Shown here in pieces: positions 1 to 12,309 of a DNA stretch of 64,000 nt. The DNA is taken from positions 112,716,001 to 112,780,000 of the forward strand of contig NC_042997.1 in NCBI RefSeq assembly GCF_006345805.1, in the 5' to 3' direction. Below the pieces are notes generated by a model. The model made no database searches, had not been told where the DNA came from, and worked only from the letters and a program-made list of their open reading frames with translations. The translations under genes were made by a program, and so were the position numbers. This DNA comes from Octopus sinensis. Its lineage: Eukaryota. The number at the start of each line of letters is the position of its first letter. Position 1 is the stretch's first letter.

Positions 1-99
1 TTCCTTTGTGTTGTGTAGTGAAAGTTGTTATTCTTGTCTTCAATGTGATGAGCATGATGTGAAAGCTGTAATTCTTGAGCTCGGGTCACCAGAACGTAA

Positions 100-1330
100 T
101 GATGAAATGGAAAATTTAACCGCAGAACAAAAAATTGTCTTCATTTTCCAAATGCAATGAAGTTGGTGATGCAGAGACAGTCATGTATTAGAACATCGAG
201 AAGCATATGCAGCAATGGCTGTTAGATGAAGGCTGTAGATCTTTTAGCTCGGGGTCACCAATTGTAGTAGGAAAGATGTAGCAAAAGATGTTGAGGTAGC
301 AGATGAAAGAGTTATGTGGACAACATCAAAGTAAAACAATGGGAATGTATCTGATTGTGGTTTAAATAATTTATCTAAACGACACTTGCATTTACTTGTT
401 GTATACACCAAAAAATTCACTACATGATATTACCAACTTACTTCAAGCTGGCCAAGAAGGAATTAACAGAGTAAATACTGTGTCAATACAATGAGGTAGA
501 ACTGGACATGTTCTGTGTCTGTGTGTGCATTGTGTAGTTTGCCACTTATTGCAGGCTTACACAGCAGTTCCAAAAATGCAGCCCACTTAAAGGACAAACT
601 TTCCCTCAGCTATGCTACTAGAAGGACGGAACAATTTGTTCAGGTTGCCTGCTCCATTGACAGAGACAAGTATATGCTATATCCACCATTCTTAATCAAG
701 GATCCTATCTGAAATATGTGAACTCAATCATTCTCACTGACACATTAATGATTCCTGTGTTTGCATTACATGCCTGAAGGATATCGCCGATAACAATGAT
801 GTATTTGGAGGGAAGTTTACAGTTTTGGGAGGCATTTTCAGACAATTATTACTCCTTTTGCTTATAGGAACTCAAGAAGCAATCATTGGCATTCAAAGTA
901 AGAAATATACTTTATGATAATGCTTCAAACAAGCTAAGCAAGAACTTGAGAGCATCAAAAAGCAAAGATATTTTGTCTCCTGGTGACAACTTGGCTATGG
1001 AACTACTAGCCAATTCAATGAGCCACATGCATCAGATAATGGCATTGAAAATTTCATTTGTTAGTGGCTCTCTGTTTAAAGATATCTTCAGTAATACATC
1101 TCATGAAGAGAGCTGAAGACATGTAATACTTTTGCCAAAGAATTCTGGTTGCTTCTCAATAAATGAAGAAGTATTTAGTGAAATCCTAGGAGATATTATT
1201 ACTTATTATAATCCAGATAAAGTACGCTCTGGTGACCCCATTTAATCTGGTCATTACTTAGTTGAATTCCTCAATTTATTAAAACCTGTGACAATTGGCT
1301 TCAACCCCACGTTTTGCCACATAGAAATTA
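100..1330 (+). mobile_element. Decayed Helitron-type PIF1 helicase remnant
   Basis: Frameshifted + strand peptides in the expected order: EMENLTAEQKIVF (~107), GRTGH (~495, cf. GGRTAHS), LKDIADNNDVFGGKFTVLGG..FRQ (~775-845, cf. FGGK...GDFRQ), KLSKNLRA (cf. LT.NMR) and EFLNLLKP (~1263). Boundaries approximate. Confidence 0.55.
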
Positions 1331-2704
1331 CAATTTGATCATGTGCACAAACCCATTTGTTGTCCAATCAACAGCTGTTGTTCACATGATAGTTTGACTA
1401 GAACCTTTCATGAACACAGCCTACAAATACAGTTCAATTGAGCATCAAAACCCCAGAGTGATTCAGTTCCTGGTGGTGTTCACTCTCCACAAATAGCTGT
1501 TTGTACAGCTACAACTTGGAACGATCGAAGAAAACACCGCAGCAACAAAAATGTGTAAAAAATTTGCCGAATGTCGAATTTCTAATGAAGACTTTCTTCA
1601 CTTGCCATATACGTTGTTTCATCTGAATATTTCTTTAGCTTGTAATGCAGGAACACCTGCAACAATAAATTATTTTCATCATTTCCTCAAACTCTCAGGA
1701 ATGCCACTCTCATAAATAACATTTAAGGGCGCGGGAAGCTTGATAATAATGCTTTTACGTGGCCTTTTGATTTAGGATGAAGTAAAGAAATAGAACAAGT
1801 CTTGTATTAGCGATTTATGAACATTCAAGCAAATAACTGGCACTCTTATTGGCTGGTGTGTTCTCATTCCCTGAGTCAAGCTCACACAAAGTGGTCCCAA
1901 CTTGCTCTTTAACTTCGAAAGAACTCAGTTCCCAGTTTGTCTTATGCTACGACAATGAATAAATCGCAATGACAAACTTTTGATACAGTTGCTGTGAACA
2001 GCTGTATGCCGTATTGTCAAGAGTTTGCAAGTAATCGAGCGTTCAAATTCAATAGTGGATATCGACAGTCATGGGAAAAAAGGAACGAAAACCCTGACCA
2101 AGAATATTGTGTGCAGAGTGATCTTAAGATGAATGAATATTTGAATACACATCAGAGTTTGATAATTGTTTTTTCAAGTGAATATAGTTATTTTATACAT
2201 TAATTCCGCATAACACAATTTATAAAAGAAAAAAAAAACCAATTTTAGTGCGATCAATAACTTTCAAATATTTAAATCCCAGTTAAAATTATCGAGTACC
2301 TTCAAAATCCTATTTTCACAGGTCTTGCTAATCTTATAATAAAGTCATGAGACAAGGACTGATGAATCTACATGTCAGATATACTATTCTCGTTTAATCC
2401 TCCCCTAAAAAATTAGGATGTCAGACTGTAAAAGAAGGTAACAAGAATACTAACCAGAAACGCATTTATCATTTAAAATATTACCAATGATATAGCTATG
2501 CATTCATTTTATTCAACCTATCTCACTAGTCAACTTTGCCTTACATTCTTCCAAGGCTACCAATCAAATTCGTGGTTTTTTGTTTATGCTAAACATCAAA
2601 ACGTTTTATATTTAGCACCATTATGTCAAGGCTGTTTACAATTTCAGGTCATTTGTTTAGAGGAGAACTTCTCTCCCTGTTCACCGGAAAGCATGTGATG
2701 AAGA

Positions 2705-2913
2705 ATGACAGCTGTTGTGAAGCAATACAATAATGTCTTCTTTAGTTCTTCAGAAAAGGAAACTGTAGAGATTGTGGAACCTCATTTCATTAATAAGGAT
2801 TGCAAAGATGTTATCGATCAGGCCAAAGTCCACTTGATGTTGCGGGAGTTTTCTGAATGCCTCACGACGTGTCTTGAAGGGCTTGATAAATGCAAACGGC
2901 TTTCCCATGACGG
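2705..2913 (+). CDS. PEX26: PEX26-like peroxin, coding exon 1 of 5 (MTAVVKQ...CKRLSHDG)
   Basis: ATG at 2705 with an in-frame TGA just upstream (2699-2701); donor GG|gtgcgt at 2914; phase matches exon 2. DVIDQAKVHLMLREFSECLTTC resembles the PEX26 N-terminal helix. Confidence 0.8.
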
Positions 2914-3000
2914 GTGCGTAAACATCCACTATTTATTTATTTGGAATGGTTTCTCTGATTTATTTTATATTCAGAGTCACAATTAGGGGGAGAAAAAAAA

Positions 3001-3203
3001 GGTTACTACTTGAGAACAGTGGTCCCGGTGCGCGCACTCGCGCATCCGAGCTAGCTAGCCATGACTAGTCGATCCTTTGTGTTTTATTTACTTTGTTTAA
3101 CGAAAATTATTTAGTTTGTGTTTTATTTACTTTGCTAGGTAGTCGTAGAATCGACTAGCTTGCGCGAGTGCGCGCACCGGGACCACTGTTCTCAAGTGGT
3201 ACC
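3001..3203. mobile_element. CpG-rich MITE with perfect 37-bp inverted repeats
   Basis: 3008-3044 (acttgagaacagtggtcccggtgcgcgcactcgcgca) is the exact reverse complement of 3161-3197; A-runs flank both sides; internal direct repeat tttgtgttttatttactttg occurs twice. Confidence 0.8.
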
Positions 3204-4349
3204 AAAAAAAGCTAGGAAACATTTTAAAAATACAGGCCTAAAAGTTTCTAATGTTTTGGGTGTTTATATTACAAATGCCTGAACGCAAATTTTCGCTTCC
3301 AAACTAAAATACATAAACAAGGAAATTTCTTCATGTCTCTCTCTGTTAAGAAACTTTTATTAACTTTTGTTTCTGGCGACTCGTAACTGTCTCTGTCGAT
3401 AATGTTGCATCAGTTTAGAATGAAATACAACGCCCAATGAGATACTTTTAGTAATATTAGATTTTTTACATCATAACTATACTTTTATTTAAACTTACAA
3501 TGTAGCCATAACAACTTGGATATTTACTTTAAAACCTGTCAGCTTAAAGCAGGAACTGTCTCTTGAACTTATGAAATATATTGTAAATAATTAAAAATTA
3601 AAGTATTTTGAAGGCTTCGAATTATTTGGTGACTTGAAACGAGGACATATTAACTGAAAGAATTATATCGATTTATTTGATTATTATTCCACTGTTATTG
3701 TTTAGCCCCAGGTCAGTGAGTCACCAGGCCTATGATCTAATGCGTTTTAGCCACAACTACTTCCCACACATTTTATTCAGGTGTTATATCAAAAGCAACG
3801 TTATTCAATGTGTCCTTCCTTCTTTTGTAAGACGGCAGAGTAGGGTATGGTTAAAGGGGGATTTAACTGCTGTTTCTAGTGATTCGAAGTTATTTCGTAT
3901 TTTGCGAGAAATTTTTAGCAGTTTCATTTTCATGTTCTAAATATCACTTTAAATGTAAAATAGATCTTCATTCTTTTTATAAACCATTCTCTAACCTCAT
4001 TTGTCCCACACCCCCGACAAAGCGTCCCTAATTCAAATATCCTTGTTCACAAATTTCCTTGTTCACCTGGAATTTGATGAACGAAAAGAATGGAAACGAG
4101 TTAAGGAATTTTTTGTTTTGGTGCCCGGGTCAGCTCCTCAGACGCTTTCGGAACTTCCCGATGTGAATTTTCCGAGGCCTCTCCCCCACCCCCCTTTCGC
4201 GTGCGCGAAATTTTTTTTTCATATTCGTTCATAGGAAGTTGTTTTACACCTATTACACACATTTTTTTTTGATTTTCTGATATTTGTTACGCCCTATATT
4301 AACTTTTAGCTTGAGATTTATGCATTCCTACATATGTGCCCACCGACAG

Positions 4350-4850
4350 TCGTATAAATTCCGATTATATCGGAATTTATTGTGAAAAAAAAAAAGAAAA
4401 AAAATTCCGATCGTGCTGTGAAGAGTTTCGGGATATTCACGCGAGTCGGTTTTGTTTGGTCCTAACTTTCAGGAAAATTGGTAATTTCTATTTTGGTGAA
4501 ATTTTTCTGTAAATATATTTCAGTGTGTTTAGATTACAATTATATCTGAATTTAATACGAAAAAACAAATTTGGTGGACTCTGACACATCACGTATATAT
4601 CTACAAAACGAAACTTGAAGTTTCGAGGAAAAAAGTATGATGTGTGCATGCTCACACATGCACCAAATTCCGATATAATCGTAATTTACACACTCTGAAA
4701 AGTATTTGTAGAAAATTTCTTTAAAAAAATACCCATTTTTCTGGAAGTTACGAGGAAACAAAACAGCCGATTCGTGTAAATTTTTCTGAAACTCCTCTTC
4801 CCACCACAAAAAAATTTACACAACAAATTCGACATAATTGGAACCCTCAA
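4350..4850. repeat. Old imperfect foldback with ~200-bp inverted arms
   Basis: 4499-4553 aligns by eye at about 80% to the reverse complement of 4665-4718, and 4412-4490 to 4720-4800. Perfect 12-bp hairpin at 4354-4380. Confidence 0.6.
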
Positions 4851-4954
4851 ACGTATTTCTAGAACATTTCATTAAAAACATCAATTTTTGTGGAGGTGGG
4901 GGCACACACGTCAGAATACCCAGATTTCATTAAGAATTCGTTCTATTATTTTTG

Positions 4955-5346
4955 AGATGGTAAAATCATTAGCACGATGGACGAAATGCTTAGCACCATT
5001 TCGTCTGTCTTTATGGTCTGAATTCAAATTCCGGGGTCAATAAAATAAGTACCAGTTGAACATTAGGGTTGATGTAATCGACTTGACCCCCCCCCCCCCA
5101 AATTGCTGGCCTTGTGCCCAAATTCGAAAGAATTATTATTATTCATGGTAAGGTAGAGAGCTGGCACAATTTACCTTGCGGCATTTCTTCTGATTCTTTA
5201 CATTTTGAGCTCAAATTCTGCTGAGGTTGACTTTGTCTTTCATCCTTTCAGGATCGATAAATAAGGTACCATCAAGCACTGGGGTTAATATAATTGATTA
5301 GCCCCATCCCCCCCCCCAAATTCCATATTGCCTTGTGCCTATTATT
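4955..5346 (+). mobile_element. Two tandem tRNA-derived SINEs (family A, short tail)
   Basis: Head gagctggcagaatcgttagca with B box gagttcaaattc, core gtcgactttgcctttcatcctttc..gataaataagtaccag, tail ccccaaa...ggccttgtgcc..(tta)n; many copies elsewhere in the window. Confidence 0.75.
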
Positions 5347-6595
5347 GAGTGAGAGAGCAATGTTTGCCATTAAGTGACACTGGGGTACAAATATCCCAAG
5401 TCCTATATACTCGTCTGATAAGGGTACAACAGGCACATGCATCACAACCATACATGTGCAATATGGTGACCGCATATCAAGATAAACAGCACATGACCTT
5501 GCAGGTGGGGGCCCAGTTACAATTTTCTTCAGGCTGAATAGCCCATCCTGCTTAAAAGGTCCTTGAATAAGGGTTGTTTAATGATAATGAATGAAGCACC
5601 TATGTTTCCTAGGGTAAATGATTGAAACCCTAAAGAATCCATCTCAACACATGGCTATAATGCTCCCCCACTGTTCATGATCAGAGATGCATATATCATC
5701 AACCACCAAGGGACATGCTCAGCTGGTTATGGTCAAGCAAATTTGTGCTATTGAACAGAGTATTTTTCTGTAGCCCATCTTTTTATACCAAGACAAAACG
5801 TACATGATAATACTTCCAATCAGTTAAGATTGAAAGCCATGGGAGCCACTGCCTCACATTATTTCAGGACATTTTATTATTATGGGTTTTTCCACGAGTA
5901 ACCTTTTCGAAGTGCCTCCCCCTATTGGGAGTTTTACTTGTTATATATTTTTGTTGTTAACTTGCATTTTTACACGGACTTTCCAAACAGACAAAACCCT
6001 TTTGTAACTTTCGTCTTGTATTTTGTCCTTACATGTTTTTATTTGACTTTTGTTAGCCCTTGTGGCCAATAAACGAATTAGTTATTATTATTATTCAAAT
6101 TCTGCTAATGTCAGCTTTGCCTTTCTTCCTTTTGGGGTCAATAAATTAAATGCTCACACTGGTGTTGATGTAATCAACTTGCCCCCTCCCCTGAAATTCA
6201 GGTCTTGCTAATATGCTCTACCAAGTCTAATAATGTAATCCTAATGCAAAGCAGGTTTCACCCTCCCCACTCTGGGTCTTCTCCTAACAAAGCCAAGCAG
6301 TCTTTGATTAAAATATGCTTCCACTTCATCAAACTGAAGTTCGTAGCAGTTTTTGCCTGTGAGCCCAGAAGTATTTTGATATCTATTTTGAAACTGTTTC
6401 GTGATGGACTTGTTCTAGAGGATACTTCAGAGGTGAAATTATGAATTATTTTTGGTGATGCTAGCATGGAAAACATGTTGTTTAAGATGGATGTGCTTAT
6501 TGGGAGATTTAGCTGCAATTTCTAACAGCTGTTTGGGGATTCATTTAGTGAAATAAAAAGGAATACTTTTTGTAACTTTATAATATATATATATA

Positions 6596-7478
6596 TGTTG
6601 ACATGGAGAAAGCCTTTGACAGGGTCCTCCGATCCCTTATCTGGTGGTCAATGAGGAAACTAGGGATAGATAAATGGTTAGTGAGAACTGTGCAAGCCAT
6701 GTACAGGGATGCTGTCAATAAGGTGAGGGTTGGCAACGAGTACAGTGAAGAAGTCTGGGTTGAGGTAGGGGGTCCACCAAGGTTCAGTCCTTAGCCCCCT
6801 CCTATTTATCATAGTCCTCCAGGCAATAACAGAGGAATTCAAGAGAGGATGTCCCTGGGAGCTCCTCTATGCTGATGACCTGTCCCTCATAGCAGAATCA
6901 TTACCAGAACTAGAGAAAAAATTTCAGGTGTGGAAGCAAGGTTTAGAATCGAAGGGCCTTAGGGTCAATGTCGCAAAGATCAAAGTTCTAGTAAGTAGGA
7001 AGGCAAACACATCACACATCCCTTCAGGTAGGTGGTCCTGCTCGATCTGTGAGTTCACAGCTGTGACTCACATCAGTGTTGCATAACCATCCCACTCCAA
7101 AGTTCTCTGGATTGTAGGGCAACATGCTGTGCTTGAGGAGACCTATTGAGTCAAGGACATCAAAATCAAATCAAATCACAATCAACTGAAAATTGTAGTT
7201 GTGCTAGTGGCATGTAAAAAGCACCACCCGAACGTGGCCAATGCAAGTGCCAACCTGACTGGCTTCCATGCCGGTGGAATGTAAAAAGCACCATCCGATT
7301 GTGGTCGATGCAAGGCCCCTCTAACCCCTGTGCCGGTGGTATGTAAAAAAGCACCCACTACACTCTCAGAGTGGCTGGTGTTAGGAAGGGCATCCAGTTG
7401 TAGAAACATTGCCAGATCAGACTGGAGCCTGGTGCAGCCTCATGACTTTCCAGTCGAACTGTCCAACCCATGCTAGCA
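6596..7478 (+). mobile_element. RTE-clade LINE fragment (RT domain piece joined to 3' UTR)
   Basis: MEKAFDRV..LIWWSMRKLG, QGS.LSPLLF and ELLYADDL motifs; 3' UTR with ttaggaagggcatccag and aactgtccaacccatgctagca shared with many other copies. Confidence 0.85.
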
Positions 7479-7622
7479 ATCCAGAGAAGATTCACAAAGA
7501 AGATCGTCTCTTTGCAACTAGGAAGCTATGAAGCAAAGAAAAAGGGAGACGTGTGGTGCCGTGTAAAAGCACTCTGCTCACTCTGTGCAGTGGTTGGTAT
7601 TAGGAAGGGCATCCAAGCAAAA

Positions 7623-8873
7623 TTGGACAAAATAATGGAAATACCTGAAAATTTCAAACAAATTTATTTTAATATGGGGTAGGACCACCTTTGACAGTAA
7701 TTACAGCTTGAATTCTACGAGGTATGGACTCGTACAAAGTCTAAATTGTTTCCAAAGGAATTTTTGTCCATTCTTCAGCTAAAACAGTCTCCAGTTCTTG
7801 TAGTGATGATGGTGGAGGATATCAACTCCTTACTTGTTTTTCTAAATTGCACCATAAATGTTCAATAATATTGAGATCTAGGGACTGTGGTGGCCAGATA
7901 AGATTTTCAGCTTCACTAGAACGTTCCTCATGCCATTCAGTAACAACTTTAGCTGTGTGAATTGGTGCATCATCTTCCTGAAAGATTGCATTTCTCTCCA
8001 GAAACAGTTCTGCAACCATAGGATGAATTTGATCAGATAAAATGCTTAAATAGTCTTGACTATTAATTCTGCCATGAAGGGAAACCATTGGGCTGGCAGA
8101 TTTCCAAGATATAACACCCCCATCCCCGATCATCACAGACCCTCCTCCATGTTTAACAGTTGGAAGAAGGTAGTCTGGGCCAAATGCTTCTTTTGGCTGT
8201 CTCCACACATATACTCGGCCAATGGTCAGAAATAGGGTAAAGGATGACTCGCCTGAGAAAATAACATTCTTCCACTGCTCTAGGGACCAATTCTGTAGGT
8301 TTTTACTCCACTCTAAATGCTTAGCAACGTTTGTTTTTGAAAGTAGTGGTTTTCTGATTGCAGCCTTCCCATGAAGTCTGGCTTTGTGCAGCTCCCAGCG
8401 AACAGTTTTTGTGGAAACTGAGTTCTTGAGGTGGTCATTAAGCTCTGCGGCAATTTTGTGATATTTTCTAACAATTCGCGTAAGAGTCCAACAGTCCCTA
8501 TGTGAAAGTTTTGGTTTTCTTCTGGAGTTTTATTCCAATGAGGTTTTTTCCTCTTTCTCAAAGCCTGTCTTTACTTTCGAGACAGTACTTCTTGATGCAC
8601 CAAACATTTTGGCTGTTTTCACTACGCTAAGGCCTGCTATACAAGCACCAACAATTTGACCTCTTTGAAAGTCCGATAGATCTATCATTTTAATGAATTT
8701 TAATTACCTTTTTCTGATGATATCTGAAAAGAAACAGCAATTTTAGCAAAACATATTAAGCAACACTAATAATAAATTAAAAAACACAAAAAAATAAACA
8801 AGCTTTCGATGGTTTTATAGATATTTCAAAATTATGATGCTATGTGTTTCCATTATTTTGTCCAACCCCTCTA
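7623..8873 (-). mobile_element. Tc1-family DNA transposon, frameshifted transposase
   Basis: Inverted termini ttggacaaaataatggaaa(t/c)ac at 7623 and about 8845-8863 (left end truncated); N-terminus MIDLSDFQRGQIVGA; TVKHGGGSVM, FQEDDAPIH and WPPQSLDLNIIEHLW motifs. Confidence 0.9.
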
Positions 8874-9096
8874 TGTTAAGCATACGAAGAACAAAGACTG
8901 CAGTGATGTCTTTAGATATCCAGGACCAACATGACATCACCAGTAAAAGTATTAGTGTTAAAATGATGTGCTTTAGGTGTTCATATTGATAACATGTACA
9001 TACAGTTTGTATGTGTACATGGTCATAATATATACACACAGTTTGTGATGTATATTGAAGATATTTAAATTTATCTTGTGTTTCCCTTTATTTCAG

Positions 9097-9231
9097 AATT
9101 TGTTATGAAAGTTTTGTAATTTTGGCAGTACAAGCATACGGTGAACAGAATAAATGGAAAGAAGTTCTTCCTTTCATTGATAAAATCTATGGAAACATCA
9201 GTCAGTGTCCTCCCACAGTGATAAAACTTTG
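9097..9231 (+). CDS. PEX26: PEX26-like, coding exon 2 (ICYESFVILAVQAYGEQNKWKEVLPF...PPTVIKL)
   Basis: tttcag acceptor and gtaagt donor; resembles the PEX26 segment C.V.GIQALAEM.RW.EVL.....Y...E..PP.VLELC; phase 2 in and phase 2 out. Confidence 0.88.
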
Positions 9232-10627
9232 GTAAGTCCAAAGCCGATTTAGTGATTGTTTTGTTTTGGGGTTTTTGGTTCCGTTGGCTCCTATCAAACC
9301 ATCCAACTGATGCAAACAGGGAAAGTGGACATTAACCTTTTCATTACTGGATCACCTCTGATCTCCCTCTCTGTTGTGGCAGGACACCTGCTCCTGTCTC
9401 TTCATCACACTCTAACCTTTCACCCCCACTCTGACACAAGTTCCCCTCCTCAAATGCTCTGTCCCTCTCATAATTCCTTGTCTTGTGAGTTACTCGGTTA
9501 CCCTGCCAGTGCTGGTGCCACGTTAAAAGCATCCATCACACACAGTAATGTGGTTGGTATCTGGAAGGACATCTAGCTGTGAAAATCTTGCCAAAACTAA
9601 CCTCGCCTGGGCTTGTGCCACATAAAAAGCACTGGGTCCACTCTGCAGAGTGGTTGGTGTTTTACATGCCATTGAGCTGACACCAACATCGGCCATGACT
9701 ACAGTCATCTTGGTCACTTGTCATGGCATCGTTGAGGCCATGACAGGTGACTAAGATCATTGGCAATATAAATATATACGTAAAAAGCACCCACTACACT
9801 CACTGAGTGGTTGGCGTTAGGAAGGGCATCCAGCCGTAGAAACACTGCCAGATCAGACTGGGCCTGGTGCAGCCTTCTGGCTTCCCAGACCCCAGTTGAA
9901 CCGTCCAACCCTGCTAAACGATGATGATGATATATACATATATATATATACACATACATACTAGCTGAGCATCCTATCTTACCAGGTAATTTTCACAGTA
10001 GAATTCCTTGGCAGACTTGTGGAATAACACACCCATATAAGCTGGATTTTCTCCATTTCAATGGGGGAGTTTTTCTGTCATCATACCCTTGCAAATGATG
10101 AGGGGAAACTTTTTATGAATTCCCCACTTCCAGACCAATTTTGCCCAATTTTTCTTTTTTTTTTTTGTATTTCATACTTAAAAACAATGGGAGATGCTTT
10201 TCAGTGAAAACTTTTTTAAATTTTGAAAATTTGTGAATTTTTCAACCCCACTCCTTCACTTAGTACTGATTTTTGGTCAATGCTTTTCTACGATGAACAA
10301 TAGGGGATGCCTTTTCAATAAAAATTTTAAAATTTTATGAATTTTTCAACCCTGCTCCATTTACAGACAGAATAAATACCAGGCTTCAAAAAAATATAGA
10401 ACACTTAGGATTGATTTATTTGACTAAAATACCCTAAGGCAGTACCCCAGCATGGCCATAATCTAATTAGTGAAGCAAGTAATAAATTAAAAATTTCTAA
10501 AATCTCATTTCTTGATGGTCCTAAATGTCGGTCTCGTCTTTGCAATAATTAATAAATTTTTAATGTATTTCACGTTTGACATTTAAATGAAATCTATTTT
10601 TATAACATTTTGTTGTTTCGCTTTTAG

Positions 10628-10920
10628 CATTGGCCTTTTGTCATGGGTTAAAGAATACGATGTGGCTCAAAAACAAGCATGTCTGTGGCTGGAGAATCCA
10701 CAGAACTTGGAGAAGGAACACACAACGGTAGGGAAGCTGGTTGTTGAAGAAGTCTTATTACCACAAAAGAAATACTTGGAAATTTCGCATTTTGTTGAAA
10801 AGATGCTTAAACTGAATCCTGAAGAAAGAAAACAGATACAAAATTTTGTCTCGGAAGCAAAAAGATACGAAGATAGTAAAATGGAGAAATTTAATAATAT
10901 CAAAACACCTACAAAGAAAG
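10628..10920 (+). CDS. PEX26: PEX26-like, coding exon 3 (CIGLLSWVKEY...WLENPQN...EEVLLPQK...TPTKK)
   Basis: cttttag acceptor and gtaagc donor; resembles the PEX26 segment CILLYSK...WLQDP.N......HVQRVLLPLG. Confidence 0.88.
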
Positions 10921-11033
10921 GTAAGCTCTTTAAAATTTAGTAACATCATCATCATCATTTAAGCATTCACTTTTCCATGCTTGCATGGATCGGACAGAAT
11001 TTATTGAGGCAGATTTTTGTGCAATCAGATGCT

Positions 11034-11539
11034 CAGTTCTATATTTAAGAGACAAGGAATTATGTACATTATTTACATTTGACGGATATTTGTCTTCATC
11101 TTGTTTGTTGTTAACACAACGTTTCAGCTGATATACCCTCCAGCCTTCATCAGGTGTCTTGGGGAAATTTCGAACCAGGGTTCTCATTCCTAAGGTATTT
11201 TTTGATATTGTTATTATTATTATTCAGGTCACTGTATAGAACTCGGAATCTTGGGGTTAGTAGCCCATGCTCTTAACCTCTATGCTCACGGGCATATGAC
11301 ATAGTGGTTAAGAGTGTGGGCTACTAACCCCAAGATTCCGAGTTCGATTACAGGCAGTGATCTGAATAATAATAATCATAATAATAATAATAATAATATC
11401 ATCGAAAAATACCTTAGGAATGAGAACCCAGGTTCGAAATTTTCCCAAAACACCTGATGAAGACTGGAGGGTATATCAGCCAAAATGTTGTGTTAACAAC
11501 AAACAAGATGAGGACAAATATCCATCAAATGTAAATAAT
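11034..11539. mobile_element. Palindromic tRNA-headed hammerhead element, copy 1
   Basis: The two arms are reverse complements; TSD aatcagatg at 11023-11031 and 11537-11545; left arm full length, right arm about 34 nt shorter. Confidence 0.85.
11113..11158 (-). ncRNA. Minimal type I hammerhead ribozyme motif with intact core
   Basis: Minus strand reads GACAC CUGAUGA A GGCUG(GAGGGUAUAU)CAGCU GAA ACGU U GUGUU: helix I GACAC/GUGUU, core CUGAUGA and GAAA, helix II, palindromic ACGU helix III, GUU cleavage triplet (cut predicted between 11118 and 11117). Confidence 0.7.
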
Positions 11540-12227
11540 CAGATGTCCTTCCTATTGCCAACCCTCATCTGTTTGCAAGCAAAGTGATAATTTCACAGCT
11601 ATCGATGGATGTCTTTCAGTTTCCACCTACGAAACCCACTCAGGGATGTAGTGGAAAACACCCAAATTGCCATGCAGTGGGACTGAACTCAAAGCCATAT
11701 GGTTAGAAGGCAAACTTCTTAACCACACTGCCACATATGTATGCTGGCACCCATGCTGATGGTACATAAAAAGCACCATTTGAGTGTGGCCAATGCCAGT
11801 GCCACCTGACTGGCATCTGTGCTGGTGGCATGTAAAAGGCACTCACCACACTCTCAGACTAGTGGGCATTAGGAAGGGCATCCAGCTGTAGAAACCTTGC
11901 CAAATCCGATTGGGGCCTGGTGCAGCCTCCCAGTTTGCCAGTTCTCATTCAAACCGTCCAACCCATGCCAGCATGGAAAGTGGACGTTAAACGATGAAAC
12001 ACACACACACACACAGACAAGGTGTATCAGATTTTTTGAGGTCATTTGTATGAATCTAGAAAAAGATCTCATTAAAGTAAAGCAGCATTTGAAAACGAAT
12101 GGTTACAAAAAAATCTGAGAATGCTTTTATCACACCTATTCAAGGACTCCATCAATGGCTGCTTCAGTATGAGGTCGAAAGCATTGACACACCTGATTCA
12201 AATGATCTTTATCCATTTTGGACATAA

Positions 12228-12306
12228 TGCTGGTTATGGCAGACTTGTGCTGATTATGGCAGACTTGTGCTGATTATGGCAGACTTGTGCTGGTTATGGC
12301 AGATTG
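12228..12306. repeat. 20-bp minisatellite, about 4 copies
   Basis: tgctg(a/g)ttatggcagacttg repeated head to tail. Confidence 0.9.
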
Positions 12307-12309
12307 TAT

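Noticed and set aside
1500-1690. Cys-rich minus-strand segment resembling a piggyBac C-terminal domain
   Set aside because: Too degenerate; no TTAA-bounded ends or catalytic domain found.
12228-12306. Regular 20-bp repeats resembling a CRISPR array
   Set aside because: Head-to-tail with no spacers, eukaryotic context, no cas genes.
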